A DNA stretch of 64,000 bases from Bacteroidales bacterium (GTDB taxonomy: Bacteria; Bacteroidota; Bacteroidia; Bacteroidales; WCHB1-69): assembly GCA_017438945.1 (NCBI GenBank), contig JAFRUI010000018.1:16049-80048 (forward strand). The letters run 5' to 3'. Position numbers and translations under genes: made by a program. Every line of letters begins with the position of its first letter. Within the stretch, counting starts at the first letter, position 1. Positions 36,145 through 44,017 of this stretch are shown piece after piece. Under the pieces are notes generated by a model. That model was given only the letters and a program-made list of their open reading frames with translations, was not told the origin of the DNA and ran no database searches.

Positions 36145-36442
36145 ATGTAAGGATTGATGGTCAAGGGAAGAGGCTGAGAATCAAGGTAGCCTGCCGGTGC
36201 AGGGACTAACGATCAACAGCGAAACCCGTCAGCGCAAACATTAACGAATAACAAATGCATCATTCCGTTTGGCCTCCATCCCCTACCGAAAAAAACACGC
36301 TTTCCCCACAAGCACCGCTCTAACTCTAATGGAAAAAAGGATAGGCTGACCGTCCAAACGGAACCTCCACACCGCAAGGGCAAAAACCTCCCATCCTCTC
36401 AAATGGGTCAAAATGGGAAGCACTGACAAACTGCAAAATGTT

Positions 36443-36450
36443 TACTTTTG
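36443..36450 (+). promoter_or_regulatory. -7 promoter box for the gene at 36472
   Basis: TACTTTTG lies 22 nt upstream of the ATG and is preceded by GGGTCAAAATGGG and TGACAAAC motifs. Confidence 0.5.
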
Positions 36451-36471
36451 CCGCCGAAAATCAGATTATAC

Positions 36472-37053
36472 ATGGACGACAACGACAAAATCTATATCGA
36501 ACACCTGAAAACCCTTCTTTGCGAGGCCTTGGAACGGCAGATGAACCGCTCCTCCGACTTCGTGTTCCTGCAGGCCTACATCTTCGAGCGCACCCGCGAG
36601 AACATCGGCCTCAACACGCTGAAACGGATCTGGAACTATGGAAACACGCCCGTAGCCCCACGTATCTTCACGCTGGATGTTCTGTCCAAAGCCCTCGGCT
36701 ACCGCAATTTCGAGGACATGAAACGCTTCTACGGCGATGAAGGTACAGACTCTTCCGACAAGGTGCTCGGCAAGGTGGTGAGCAGTCAGGATTTGCGCCC
36801 GGGCGACCGCGTGACGCTCTGCTGGGATCCCGGCCGCCGCTGCACCGTGGAATACCTCGGCAGCAACGCCTACCGCGTAGTCAGCAGCGAACGCACCAAG
36901 CTGAAACCCGGCAACACCTTCCAGACCGCCTTCTTCGCCACCGGCTCCCCCCTCATCCTCTCCAACCTCGTCCAAGACGACTCCTTCGCCACCCTCTACG
37001 AAATCGGCCGCAAATCCGGCGTGACACAATTGACGGTGGAAACCGCGAAATAA
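36472..37053 (+). CDS. hypothetical protein (helical N-terminal half, beta-rich GC-rich C-terminal half)
   Basis: 193 aa from the ATG at 36472 (the track start at 36448 is TTG). No family recognised. Confidence 0.6.
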   Translation: MDDNDKIYIEHLKTLLCEALERQMNRSSDFVFLQAYIFERTRENIGLNTLKRIWNYGNTPVAPRIFTLDVLSKALGYRNFEDMKRFYGDEGTDSSDKVLGKVVSSQDLRPGDRVTLCWDPGRRCTVEYLGSNAYRVVSSERTKLKPGNTFQTAFFATGSPLILSNLVQDDSFATLYEIGRKSGVTQLTVETAK

Positions 37054-37140
37054 CCTCCATCGTAATCCAAACGCTACCGAGCTCTTGCCCCTGCCGGGGC
37101 TGCTCAAGGAAGATGCTTCACCCCCCTGCCCTGCGGGCAT

Positions 37141-37156
37141 CCCCCCTAAAGGGGGG
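37141..37156. repeat. REP-like hairpin CCCCCC-TAAA-GGGGGG
   Basis: Read directly. A related CCCCCCTTTAGGGGGG lies at about 42552-42567. Confidence 0.6.
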
Positions 37157-37176
37157 AATTGGGGTTTTTCGAAACT

Positions 37177-37211
37177 GCTAACTACTAACTACTAACTGCT
37201 AACTGTTAATC
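37177..37211. repeat. tandem heptamer array ([AG]CTAACT)
   Basis: GCTAACTACTAACTACTAACTGCTAACTGTTAATC overlaps the kinase stop codon at 37199-37201. Confidence 0.8.
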
Positions 37212-38986
37212 GCTTCTATCCTCTTGAACTTTCCCCACACATCGTGTTTCCGGTACTTCTCCACCGACTGGGCGGGCACGTACAGCACCGCGCTGTCGGG
37301 TATGCCGTACAGGGAGTTCGGCAGCATGGTGGGCGGCTCCACACATCGGACAATCATGGTTTCCAGCGATTTGTTGTCGTTGAAGGCGTAGCTCTCAATG
37401 TGCTTCACACCACTGCCAATGTCCACATCTCGTAAATAATTGCAATATGAAAAACTGTACGAACCGATGAGTTCTGTGTGGTCAGGTATGACAATATGCT
37501 CAAGGCGGCTTGCATAGAAGGCCCCGTGGGAAATCTTTCGCAATGAATCGGGGAAATGAAAGTCTCGGAGATTGTATGAATAGACCGCAAATTCGTGGGG
37601 CAGTTCCCGTATATGGTTTGGGAGTTCAATTTCTTCCAGCCACTCCATATCGATGAACAAGCGTGGCGGCAAAACATAGACCGAATCATCCACGATGGCT
37701 TTTTTTAAGGAATTGCATCGATAGAAAAACTGGTTGCCCAGATTGGAAAGAGGGCCCGTCGTGCAGTCAAGTGCTTTCCAAACGAGGACAGCCAGAGAAT
37801 GACAGTCATTGAAAGCATTGGACTCCAAAACTTTAAGAGATCGCGGAATGACTAAAGTGTCTGATAACATATTGCAACATGAAAATGCCCCACATCCGAT
37901 TCGTTCAAGACCTTCAGAAAAAACAATATGCGTAAGGTTGGAACAATTGTCGAAGGCGTTGGAATCCAGTTCGGTGACACGATAGCTGACTCCTCGGCAT
38001 CGGATTCGCGAAGGGATGACCATATCGCCAGAAGGGGCGTTGGGGATATCGTGCCAGCTTCTCGCATTGCTGGGACATACGAAGGCCACCGTGCGGTGCC
38101 AGTGCGACAGCACCTTGGCATAGACCGTCTGCCCGGAGTCTAACGTGACAGGGAATTTCTTGCCGTTCGGGTGCATCCACCAGCAGAAGAGACCGACTAT
38201 GACCACGGGCAGCAACCACAACCACCATCGCGGTCGCATCAGCTTTGCCAAAGCCGCCACCGACTGCGGACGTTTGTTGGGGTCGGGGCGTTGCGCACGG
38301 CGGACGGCTCGACCGTAACGGTACGGGAACATCCGCTTCAGCAGGCCCCCCAAGGCGTAGATGTCGCTGCGGTGGTCGGCGACCTGCCCAGCCAGTTGCT
38401 CGGGCGCGGCGTACTTGCGCGTGCCGCCTGTCTGCCGGAAGGCGAAGCCGCTGTTGTCGGAAAGCCCGAAGTCGATGATCTTGGCAGTCAGCCCGTCTTT
38501 GGTAATCAGAATGTTGGAAGGTTTCAGGTCAAGATGCCAGATCTGCCGTTCGTGGCAGTAGGCCATGGCGTCCAGAATCTGCCGGAAGATCCGTTTGCGG
38601 GCAGCAGCGGACGGTCGCGTGGCCAGCCATTCGTCAAGACTTTGGCCATCCACGTACTCCATCACAATGCAGAGCCCAACCTTAGTATCCTCCTCCAAGC
38701 TGTTCACCCGCACGATGTGGGGGTGGTCGAGCTGCACCCCGATCTGGTACTCCTTGGAGAGATACTCGCGCATAGCGGGATCGTCGCGATACTCGGGCGC
38801 AAGACCTTTCAGCACGTAGTAACGGCCGAAACGACGGGCACGGTAGAGTACATTGCCCGGCTGCCGGCTCCGCACAGGCAACTTCTCGTAACCGGAGAAC
38901 TCCGCCGAAAGAGCATCCAAGGAACCCGAAATGGCCCCTGAAGCATAATAATACTCCTCGCGCACGTTTTTATCTGTATCTTTCAT
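37199..38986 (-). CDS. Hanks-type Ser/Thr protein kinase - TM - BspA-type leucine-rich-repeat ectodomain
   Basis: Contains HLDLKPSNIL, IIDFGLS and YAAPEQ, then the TM helix WWLWLLPVVIVGLFCWW, then repeated ..F..C..L..I.IP..V..I...AF.. units. Confidence 0.85.
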   Translation of the reverse strand: MKDTDKNVREEYYYASGAISGSLDALSAEFSGYEKLPVRSRQPGNVLYRARRFGRYYVLKGLAPEYRDDPAMREYLSKEYQIGVQLDHPHIVRVNSLEEDTKVGLCIVMEYVDGQSLDEWLATRPSAAARKRIFRQILDAMAYCHERQIWHLDLKPSNILITKDGLTAKIIDFGLSDNSGFAFRQTGGTRKYAAPEQLAGQVADHRSDIYALGGLLKRMFPYRYGRAVRRAQRPDPNKRPQSVAALAKLMRPRWWLWLLPVVIVGLFCWWMHPNGKKFPVTLDSGQTVYAKVLSHWHRTVAFVCPSNARSWHDIPNAPSGDMVIPSRIRCRGVSYRVTELDSNAFDNCSNLTHIVFSEGLERIGCGAFSCCNMLSDTLVIPRSLKVLESNAFNDCHSLAVLVWKALDCTTGPLSNLGNQFFYRCNSLKKAIVDDSVYVLPPRLFIDMEWLEEIELPNHIRELPHEFAVYSYNLRDFHFPDSLRKISHGAFYASRLEHIVIPDHTELIGSYSFSYCNYLRDVDIGSGVKHIESYAFNDNKSLETMIVRCVEPPTMLPNSLYGIPDSAVLYVPAQSVEKYRKHDVWGKFKRIEAINS

Positions 38987-38994
38987 AGAAGAGG

Positions 38995-39002
38995 CAAAAG
39001 TA
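38995..39002 (-). promoter_or_regulatory. -7 promoter box for the kinase gene (near-leaderless)
   Basis: TACTTTTG on the minus strand, 9 nt upstream of the ATG at 38986. Confidence 0.4.
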
Positions 39003-39041
39003 CACATTTTTCAATAACACGAGACCAATCCCTATTTTTTG

Positions 39042-39049
39042 TATTTTTG
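39042..39049 (+). promoter_or_regulatory. -7 promoter box about 190 nt upstream of prfB
   Basis: TATTTTTG. The leader would contain the (AATTGATA)10 array. Confidence 0.4.
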
Positions 39050-39062
39050 CGGCCTGCGTACT

Positions 39063-39142
39063 AATTGATAATTGATAATTGATAATTGATAATTGATAAT
39101 TGATAATTGATAATTGATAATTGATAATTGATAATTGATAAT
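39063..39142. repeat. perfect tandem octamer array (AATTGATA) x10
   Basis: Ten identical contiguous units counted from 39063 to 39142. Confidence 0.95.
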
Positions 39143-39168
39143 GAAGTGGCAAGTACATACTAATTTCC

Positions 39169-39231
39169 TAATCACTAATCACTATTCACTATTCACCAGC
39201 TTCAATAACCAATAACCCATAACCAATAACC
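39169..39231. repeat. tandem heptamer arrays (TAATCAC x2, TATTCAC x2; AATAACC/CATAACC x4)
   Basis: Read directly. The array ends 8 nt before the prfB ATG. Confidence 0.8.
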
Positions 39232-39238
39232 ATTCAAA

Positions 39239-40322
39239 ATGACAACCACCGACCAGATCAAAGCGGTTCAAACGAGGCTCAGTGAGCTAAGGAGGTATCT
39301 TTGACGTAGATGCCAAAGAACAAGAAATTAAAGACAAAGAACAAAGAACCCAACAAGACGGCTTTTGGGACGACCCGAAGGCCGCCGAGAAGTTGCTGAA
39401 GGAGATCAGCGGCATCAAGGCGTGGGTGGCCGACTACTACAAGGCCGCCGAACTGAATGATGAGCTGCTGGTAGTCAGCGAGTTCCAGCAGTCGGGCGAC
39501 GCCACCGAGGCGGAACTCGACGAGGCCTACGCCAAGACGATGGAGGCCGTGGAGAAGCTGGAGTTCAAGAACATGATGCGCGACGAGGAGGACTCCTTCG
39601 ACGCGATCCTGAACATCAACTCCGGCGCGGGCGGCACCGAAAGCTGCGACTGGGCCGAGATGCTCCTGCGTATGTACATGCGCTGGGCCGAGCGCCACAA
39701 CTTCTCCGTGAAACTCATCGACCGTCAGGAAGGTGACGTGGCCGGCATCAAGTCCGCGTCCATCGAAATCGAGGGCTCCTACGCTTACGGCTTCCTCAAG
39801 AGCGAGAACGGCGTGCACCGGTTGGTGCGCATCTCGCCGTTCGACTCCGCGGCACGACGCCACACCTCGTTCGCCTCCGTCTTCGCCTATCCCATCATCA
39901 ACGACGACATCGAGATCGAGGTCAGTCCGGCGGACATCTCGTGGGACACCTACCGCAGCAGCGGCCCCGGCGGACAGAACGTCAACAAGGTGGAGACGGC
40001 CGTGCGCCTGCACCACCACCCCACCGGCATCATCATCGAGTGCCAAGTGACCCGCTCGCAGTCGCAGAACCGCGAGAAGGCCATGCAGATGCTGAAATCG
40101 CAGCTCTACCAAATTGAGTTGGAGAAGAAGCGCGCGAAGCTCAACGAAATCGAGAGTTCCAAGAAACGCATCGAATGGGGCAGCCAGATCCGCAGCTACG
40201 TGATGCAACCTTACAAGTTGGTGAAGGATCTGCGCACGCAGTACGAAGTCGGCAACGTGAACGCGGTGATGGACGGCGACATAGACGGCTTCATCAAGGC
40301 GTACCTGATGCAATTCCATTGA
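39239..40322 (+). CDS. prfB: peptide chain release factor 2, two frames joined by programmed +1 frameshift (39239..39301, 39303..40322)
   Basis: Frame 0 runs ATG..AGG AGG TAT CTT TGA C, and the downstream frame carries SPF (RISPFDS) and GGQ (SGPGGQ). Confidence 0.95.
39291..39305 (+). promoter_or_regulatory. RF2 +1 frameshift recoding site
   Basis: An SD-like AGGAGG lies 3 nt before the CTT TGA C slippery/stop context. Confidence 0.9.
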
Positions 40323-40356
40323 TAATTCATAATGCATAATGCATAATTCATAATTA
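40323..40356. repeat. tandem heptamer array (CATAAT[GT])
   Basis: TAATTCATAATGCATAATGCATAATTCATAATTA. An inverted partner lies at 41612-41642. Confidence 0.8.
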
Positions 40357-40358
40357 AC

Positions 40359-41582
40359 ATGAAATCGCATTCCCTCTTTTGGACGGTGTTTTGCCTGCTG
40401 TGTCCCGCTACACTGCTTGCGCAAACGGGCAGCCGTTATGCCGACCCCGTGTTTGAGAACACTGCGACAACATCTGGGATTCCTTTCAGCAGTGCTGTGA
40501 GAGAAGGTCAAACCTCGCCCACCACTCTTTATCTCGATTTCTACGAGCCTTCGGGCGACACACTTTCTGCCCGTCCGTTGGTGATTACCGTTTTCGGGGG
40601 TGCATTTGTGGCTGGCAGCCGAGACTGGTGTGATATGGTGGAGTACTGCACTCGTTTTGCCAAACACGGTTATGCAGCGGCCTCCATTGATTACCGCCTG
40701 CTGCCGCTGATGTCCATCAACGCGAGTTCGCTTATCCGGAGCGCCTACATGGCTGCGCAGGATGTGAATTCCGCCATTCGCTTTTTCAAAGCACATTGTC
40801 TCGAATATCGTATCGACACGAACAACATATTCCTTCTGGGCAACTCCGCCGGTTCCATTGCCATCCTCAACGAAATCTTTTTGTCAAACGAGGAAAGACC
40901 CTCTGAGACATCCGTTTCACCTGATTTAGGAGCGATGAACAGCTCCGGATATGACGAGTACTCTGGTCTTTCACCCAAAGTGGCCGGGGCGGTGGCACAA
41001 TGGGGAGGCGTGCTTGATGTTGAAGTCATAGACCTTGATGAATATGTCCCCCTTTGTATGATTCATGGCACTGAGGACCAAGTGGTGCCCTTCGACTCCG
41101 GATATTGCTATTCCTATTTGCCGTTACCCTTTTTCCCGTATATGTACGGGTCGCACGCTATCGCAAACCACCTCGCTGATCTCGGCATTGAAGACTACGA
41201 ATTTCACCCATTCGACGGGGAGGAACATAGTTTCTATATCTCGATGTACACCAATCTTTTAGAGGATAAATTTGACACCTGTTTCCATATCGCCCGCGAT
41301 TTTTTGTATAACCATCTGGACATTCACTCAACGAGTCATGTCTCACAGTATGTCGCCGACAATGTCAGGATATACCCTAATCCTGCTTCTGACATTCTGA
41401 TTGTTGAGCTGAAAGGAGATAAGAAGATAGCGAATATCACGCTTTGTGATATGCAAGGGCGAATCGTGGAAGAAAGCAATGCTTCACCCGTTTTTCTCGG
41501 TCACTTGCCCTCGGGCGTGTATGTTGTGCATGTAACAGATTCTGACGGCAGAAAATACATCCAAAAAATGGTCGTCAAATAG
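40359..41582 (+). CDS. secreted alpha/beta-hydrolase (esterase) with T9SS C-terminal sorting domain
   Basis: It has a signal peptide, the GNSAG nucleophile elbow, and the C-terminus ..IYPNPASDILIVEL...GVYVVHV... Confidence 0.75.
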   Translation: MKSHSLFWTVFCLLCPATLLAQTGSRYADPVFENTATTSGIPFSSAVREGQTSPTTLYLDFYEPSGDTLSARPLVITVFGGAFVAGSRDWCDMVEYCTRFAKHGYAAASIDYRLLPLMSINASSLIRSAYMAAQDVNSAIRFFKAHCLEYRIDTNNIFLLGNSAGSIAILNEIFLSNEERPSETSVSPDLGAMNSSGYDEYSGLSPKVAGAVAQWGGVLDVEVIDLDEYVPLCMIHGTEDQVVPFDSGYCYSYLPLPFFPYMYGSHAIANHLADLGIEDYEFHPFDGEEHSFYISMYTNLLEDKFDTCFHIARDFLYNHLDIHSTSHVSQYVADNVRIYPNPASDILIVELKGDKKIANITLCDMQGRIVEESNASPVFLGHLPSGVYVVHVTDSDGRKYIQKMVVK

Positions 41583-41611
41583 CCCCCCTACCCCCCCACA
41601 GAGCACACAAC

Positions 41612-41642
41612 AATTATGCATTATGAATTATGCATTATGAAT
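41612..41642. repeat. tandem heptamer array (reverse complement of the CATAAT[GT] family)
   Basis: AATTATGCATTATGAATTATGCATTATGAAT. Confidence 0.8.
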
Positions 41643-42427
41643 CAATATAATTCCGTCAAGTACTTCCGGTACCGCCGCGGCATGTCCTGAAGCTGTTTCC
41701 GAGGGTTCAGTCGCTCGCGGATGCATATTGCCTTGAAATAGGTGCGCCATAGATCCTGCAGGAGTTGGTCGTCGTCGCTCAGAACCTCGTCGTTCAGACG
41801 GCCGTTGGCGAGGTTGAACGTCACCGATGACTCGTCGGCGAAGGTGATGCGCACCGGCTCCCCCGTCCCGTCGTAGTAGAACCCGTAATGGCGCTTGGCG
41901 TCGTAGATGAGCCACGGCTGGTCGTTGAAACGGTCTGCGAAATGGTCGATGACGAGCGGCAATACGTTATGGTCCGGCGAGATGACGGCGAGGTAGGTGC
42001 CGTCCTTGGCCTTCTGGAAACGGATGAACTGCTTCATACGATGCTGCTCGTGGTTCACCTTGCGGGCGATATTGGTCACGGCCAGGATATCAGGATCGGC
42101 GAAATTGCGTTCGATTCCCTCGATTCCTTCTGGCTGCCGGAACACCTTGCAGATGTATTGAAACAGCGGGTTGTTAAGTTCGTGCATTTCCGACAAAAAG
42201 CTGACAGCGAGCATTTTGACCACATTTTTCGGGAGCCGTTTCTCCAACCCCTTCCACACACGGCCGGCCTTCTCTGTATCGGTGGGAACGGCATACAACC
42301 GATCGCAGAACAAGGGCACGGGGTCGCCTTCCGACAACAGCATTTCCGGCTGTTCGTGCAAGGCGAACGCCTCGAAAACGGCGGTGAGGAGACCGTCCAA
42401 GGTGTTGTCGAAGGAGTAGCAAGTCAT
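41642..42427 (-). CDS. TIGR03915/DUF4130-family putative DNA metabolism protein
   Basis: 261 aa. MTCYSFDNTLDGLLTAVFEAF.. is the typical N-terminus of the partner of the TIGR03916 radical SAM protein. Confidence 0.7.
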   Translation of the reverse strand: MTCYSFDNTLDGLLTAVFEAFALHEQPEMLLSEGDPVPLFCDRLYAVPTDTEKAGRVWKGLEKRLPKNVVKMLAVSFLSEMHELNNPLFQYICKVFRQPEGIEGIERNFADPDILAVTNIARKVNHEQHRMKQFIRFQKAKDGTYLAVISPDHNVLPLVIDHFADRFNDQPWLIYDAKRHYGFYYDGTGEPVRITFADESSVTFNLANGRLNDEVLSDDDQLLQDLWRTYFKAICIRERLNPRKQLQDMPRRYRKYLTELY

Positions 42428-42435
42428 TTTTTAAT

Positions 42436-42523
42436 GGTTATGGGTTATGGGTTATGGGTTATTGAAGGTTAGTGTTAAAGGCTCAATGGTTAAAGGTTAA
42501 GGTTCAAAGGTTTCAAGGTTTCA
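42436..42523. repeat. tandem arrays (GGTTATG x3-4, then AAGGTT-type units)
   Basis: The GGTTATG units are the reverse complement of the CATAACC units at 39204 and 45255. Confidence 0.8.
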
Positions 42524-42543
42524 CGATAATCGTTTATGGGGAG

Positions 42544-43860
42544 TTACTCTCCCCCCTTTAGGGGGGCTGGGAGAGGGTCAAACTCCAACGACAATTGCGC
42601 CTCCTTCGCGGCTAGTTTCTGTTCGGCCTTGGAGACCAGCAGCGGGCGCAACCGCTCGGGCGTCAGTTCGTTGATGCCGAGGAGGGGCTGCAGGTTGGAG
42701 GCACCGAGCTCGTGACAGGTGATGAAGTACTTCGCTTTCTTCATCACCACGCCCATCTTCTTGAGATCGAAGGTGGTTAACCGATTGAAGCGGCGGGAGT
42801 TGACGATGAGCCACGCCGACTTGGCACCGAGTCCGGGCACACGCAGCAACATCTCGTAATCTGCCGTGTTGATATCGACGGGGAAGGCCTCGGGGTGTCG
42901 CAAAGCCCAGGCCAACTTGGGATCAATCTCCAGATCTAGGTTCGGATGCAGGTCATCGACAATTTCATCCACCTTGAAGTGGTAGAAACGCAGCAGCCAA
43001 TCGGCCTGGTAGAGGCGGTTCTCGCGGACAAGCGGCGGCTGCTTGAGTACCGGCAGGCGCGAGTCGAACGTGTTGACGCTCACGTAGCCCGAATAATAGA
43101 CGCGGCGCATCGAGGGCTGGCCGTAAAGCATCGACGACATGTTAAGGATGTCGCGATCGGAGTCCTTGGTCGCGCCCACAATCATCTGGGTGGATTGTCC
43201 GGCGGGCACGAACCTCGGCACGTGACGGTAGTGTTTGCGGTCCTCCTTGTTCTCGAGCACACCCTGCTGGATGAGATTCATCGGCTGGAAAACGCTGCGG
43301 TGATCCTTCTCCGGAGCCAGCATCTTCAGTGACTCCTCTTTGGGGATTTCGATGTTCACGCTCATACGGTCGGCGTAACGGCCCGCCTCGTTGAGCAGCT
43401 CCTGCGACGCACCGGGAATGGCCTTCAGGTGGATGTAGCCGTTGAAGCGGTGGATGAGCCGCAGGTCGCGGACAATGGCGGTGAGCCGCTCCATAGTATA
43501 GTCGGGGTTCCGCACCACCCCACTCGACAGGAACAATCCCTCAATGTAATTGCGGCGGTAGAACTCCATCGTGATCGTCTCAATCTCCGACACGGAGAGC
43601 GTGGCGCGATTGATGTCGTTAGAACGGCGATTGACGCAGTAGGCGCAGTCGAACATGCAGTGATTGGTCAGCATCACCTTGAGCAGGGAGATGCAACGGC
43701 CGTCATCCGCGAAAGAATGGCAGATGCCGACACCGCCCACGGTGTTGCCCACCATCCCCTTCTTGCCGCCGCGCACAGTGCCGCTCGACGAGCACGACAC
43801 ATCGTACTTCGCCGACTCCGCCAGAATGCGCAACTTCTCCAATGTCCTTTCCGTCAACAT
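42544..43860 (-). CDS. putative DNA modification/repair radical SAM protein (TIGR03916-like)
   Basis: 438 aa. Contains CMFDCAYC (CX3CX2C) and a C-terminal helix-hairpin-helix-like region. The last codons (..PLKGGE*) lie in a REP hairpin. Confidence 0.8.
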   Translation of the reverse strand: MLTERTLEKLRILAESAKYDVSCSSSGTVRGGKKGMVGNTVGGVGICHSFADDGRCISLLKVMLTNHCMFDCAYCVNRRSNDINRATLSVSEIETITMEFYRRNYIEGLFLSSGVVRNPDYTMERLTAIVRDLRLIHRFNGYIHLKAIPGASQELLNEAGRYADRMSVNIEIPKEESLKMLAPEKDHRSVFQPMNLIQQGVLENKEDRKHYRHVPRFVPAGQSTQMIVGATKDSDRDILNMSSMLYGQPSMRRVYYSGYVSVNTFDSRLPVLKQPPLVRENRLYQADWLLRFYHFKVDEIVDDLHPNLDLEIDPKLAWALRHPEAFPVDINTADYEMLLRVPGLGAKSAWLIVNSRRFNRLTTFDLKKMGVVMKKAKYFITCHELGASNLQPLLGINELTPERLRPLLVSKAEQKLAAKEAQLSLEFDPLPAPLKGGE

Positions 43861-43907
43861 ACGCTGGATGGAATTTTATATTTTACTGTTTTTCAATAAT
43901 TTGACTG

Positions 43908-43934
43908 TTGGCTTTTGGCTGTTAGCTTTTGGCC
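43908..43934. repeat. TTGGCT-family heptamer array
   Basis: TTGGCTTTTGGCTGTTAGCTTTTGGCC. Confidence 0.7.
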
Positions 43935-43981
43935 GCTAAACCTTGGCAAAGGTATAATATTTTAGGTTGCAAAAAAAATCG

Positions 43982-43989
43982 TATCTTTG
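43982..43989 (+). promoter_or_regulatory. -7 promoter box for ribBA
   Basis: TATCTTTG lies 29 nt upstream of the ATG at 44018. Confidence 0.55.
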
Positions 43990-44017
43990 CAAATTTCTGA
44001 AAATAGCGATATTAGAT

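Noticed and set aside
36466-37140. 224-aa minus-strand ORF.
   Set aside because: It is antisense to the GC-rich 3' half of gene 36472..37053 and is Gly/Ala/Val/Glu-rich. The plus-strand gene has a promoter box and a sensible start.
39063-39142. Whether the many short tandem arrays could be CRISPR arrays.
   Set aside because: The units are 6-8 bp and contiguous, with no unique spacers, and there are no cas genes in the window.
39279-40796. 505-aa ORF on the minus strand, the longest hypothetical ORF in this area.
   Set aside because: It is antisense to prfB and to the start of the esterase gene, both of which have clear family motifs. Its sequence is low-complexity and rich in Arg, Gly, Ala, Val and His, as is typical of a shadow frame.
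43861-44017. Looked for an FMN riboswitch upstream of ribBA.
   Set aside because: The spacer consists of a TTGGCT-type array plus a -7 box 29 nt from the ATG. There is no room for the ~140-nt FMN aptamer and I saw no conserved aptamer segments.
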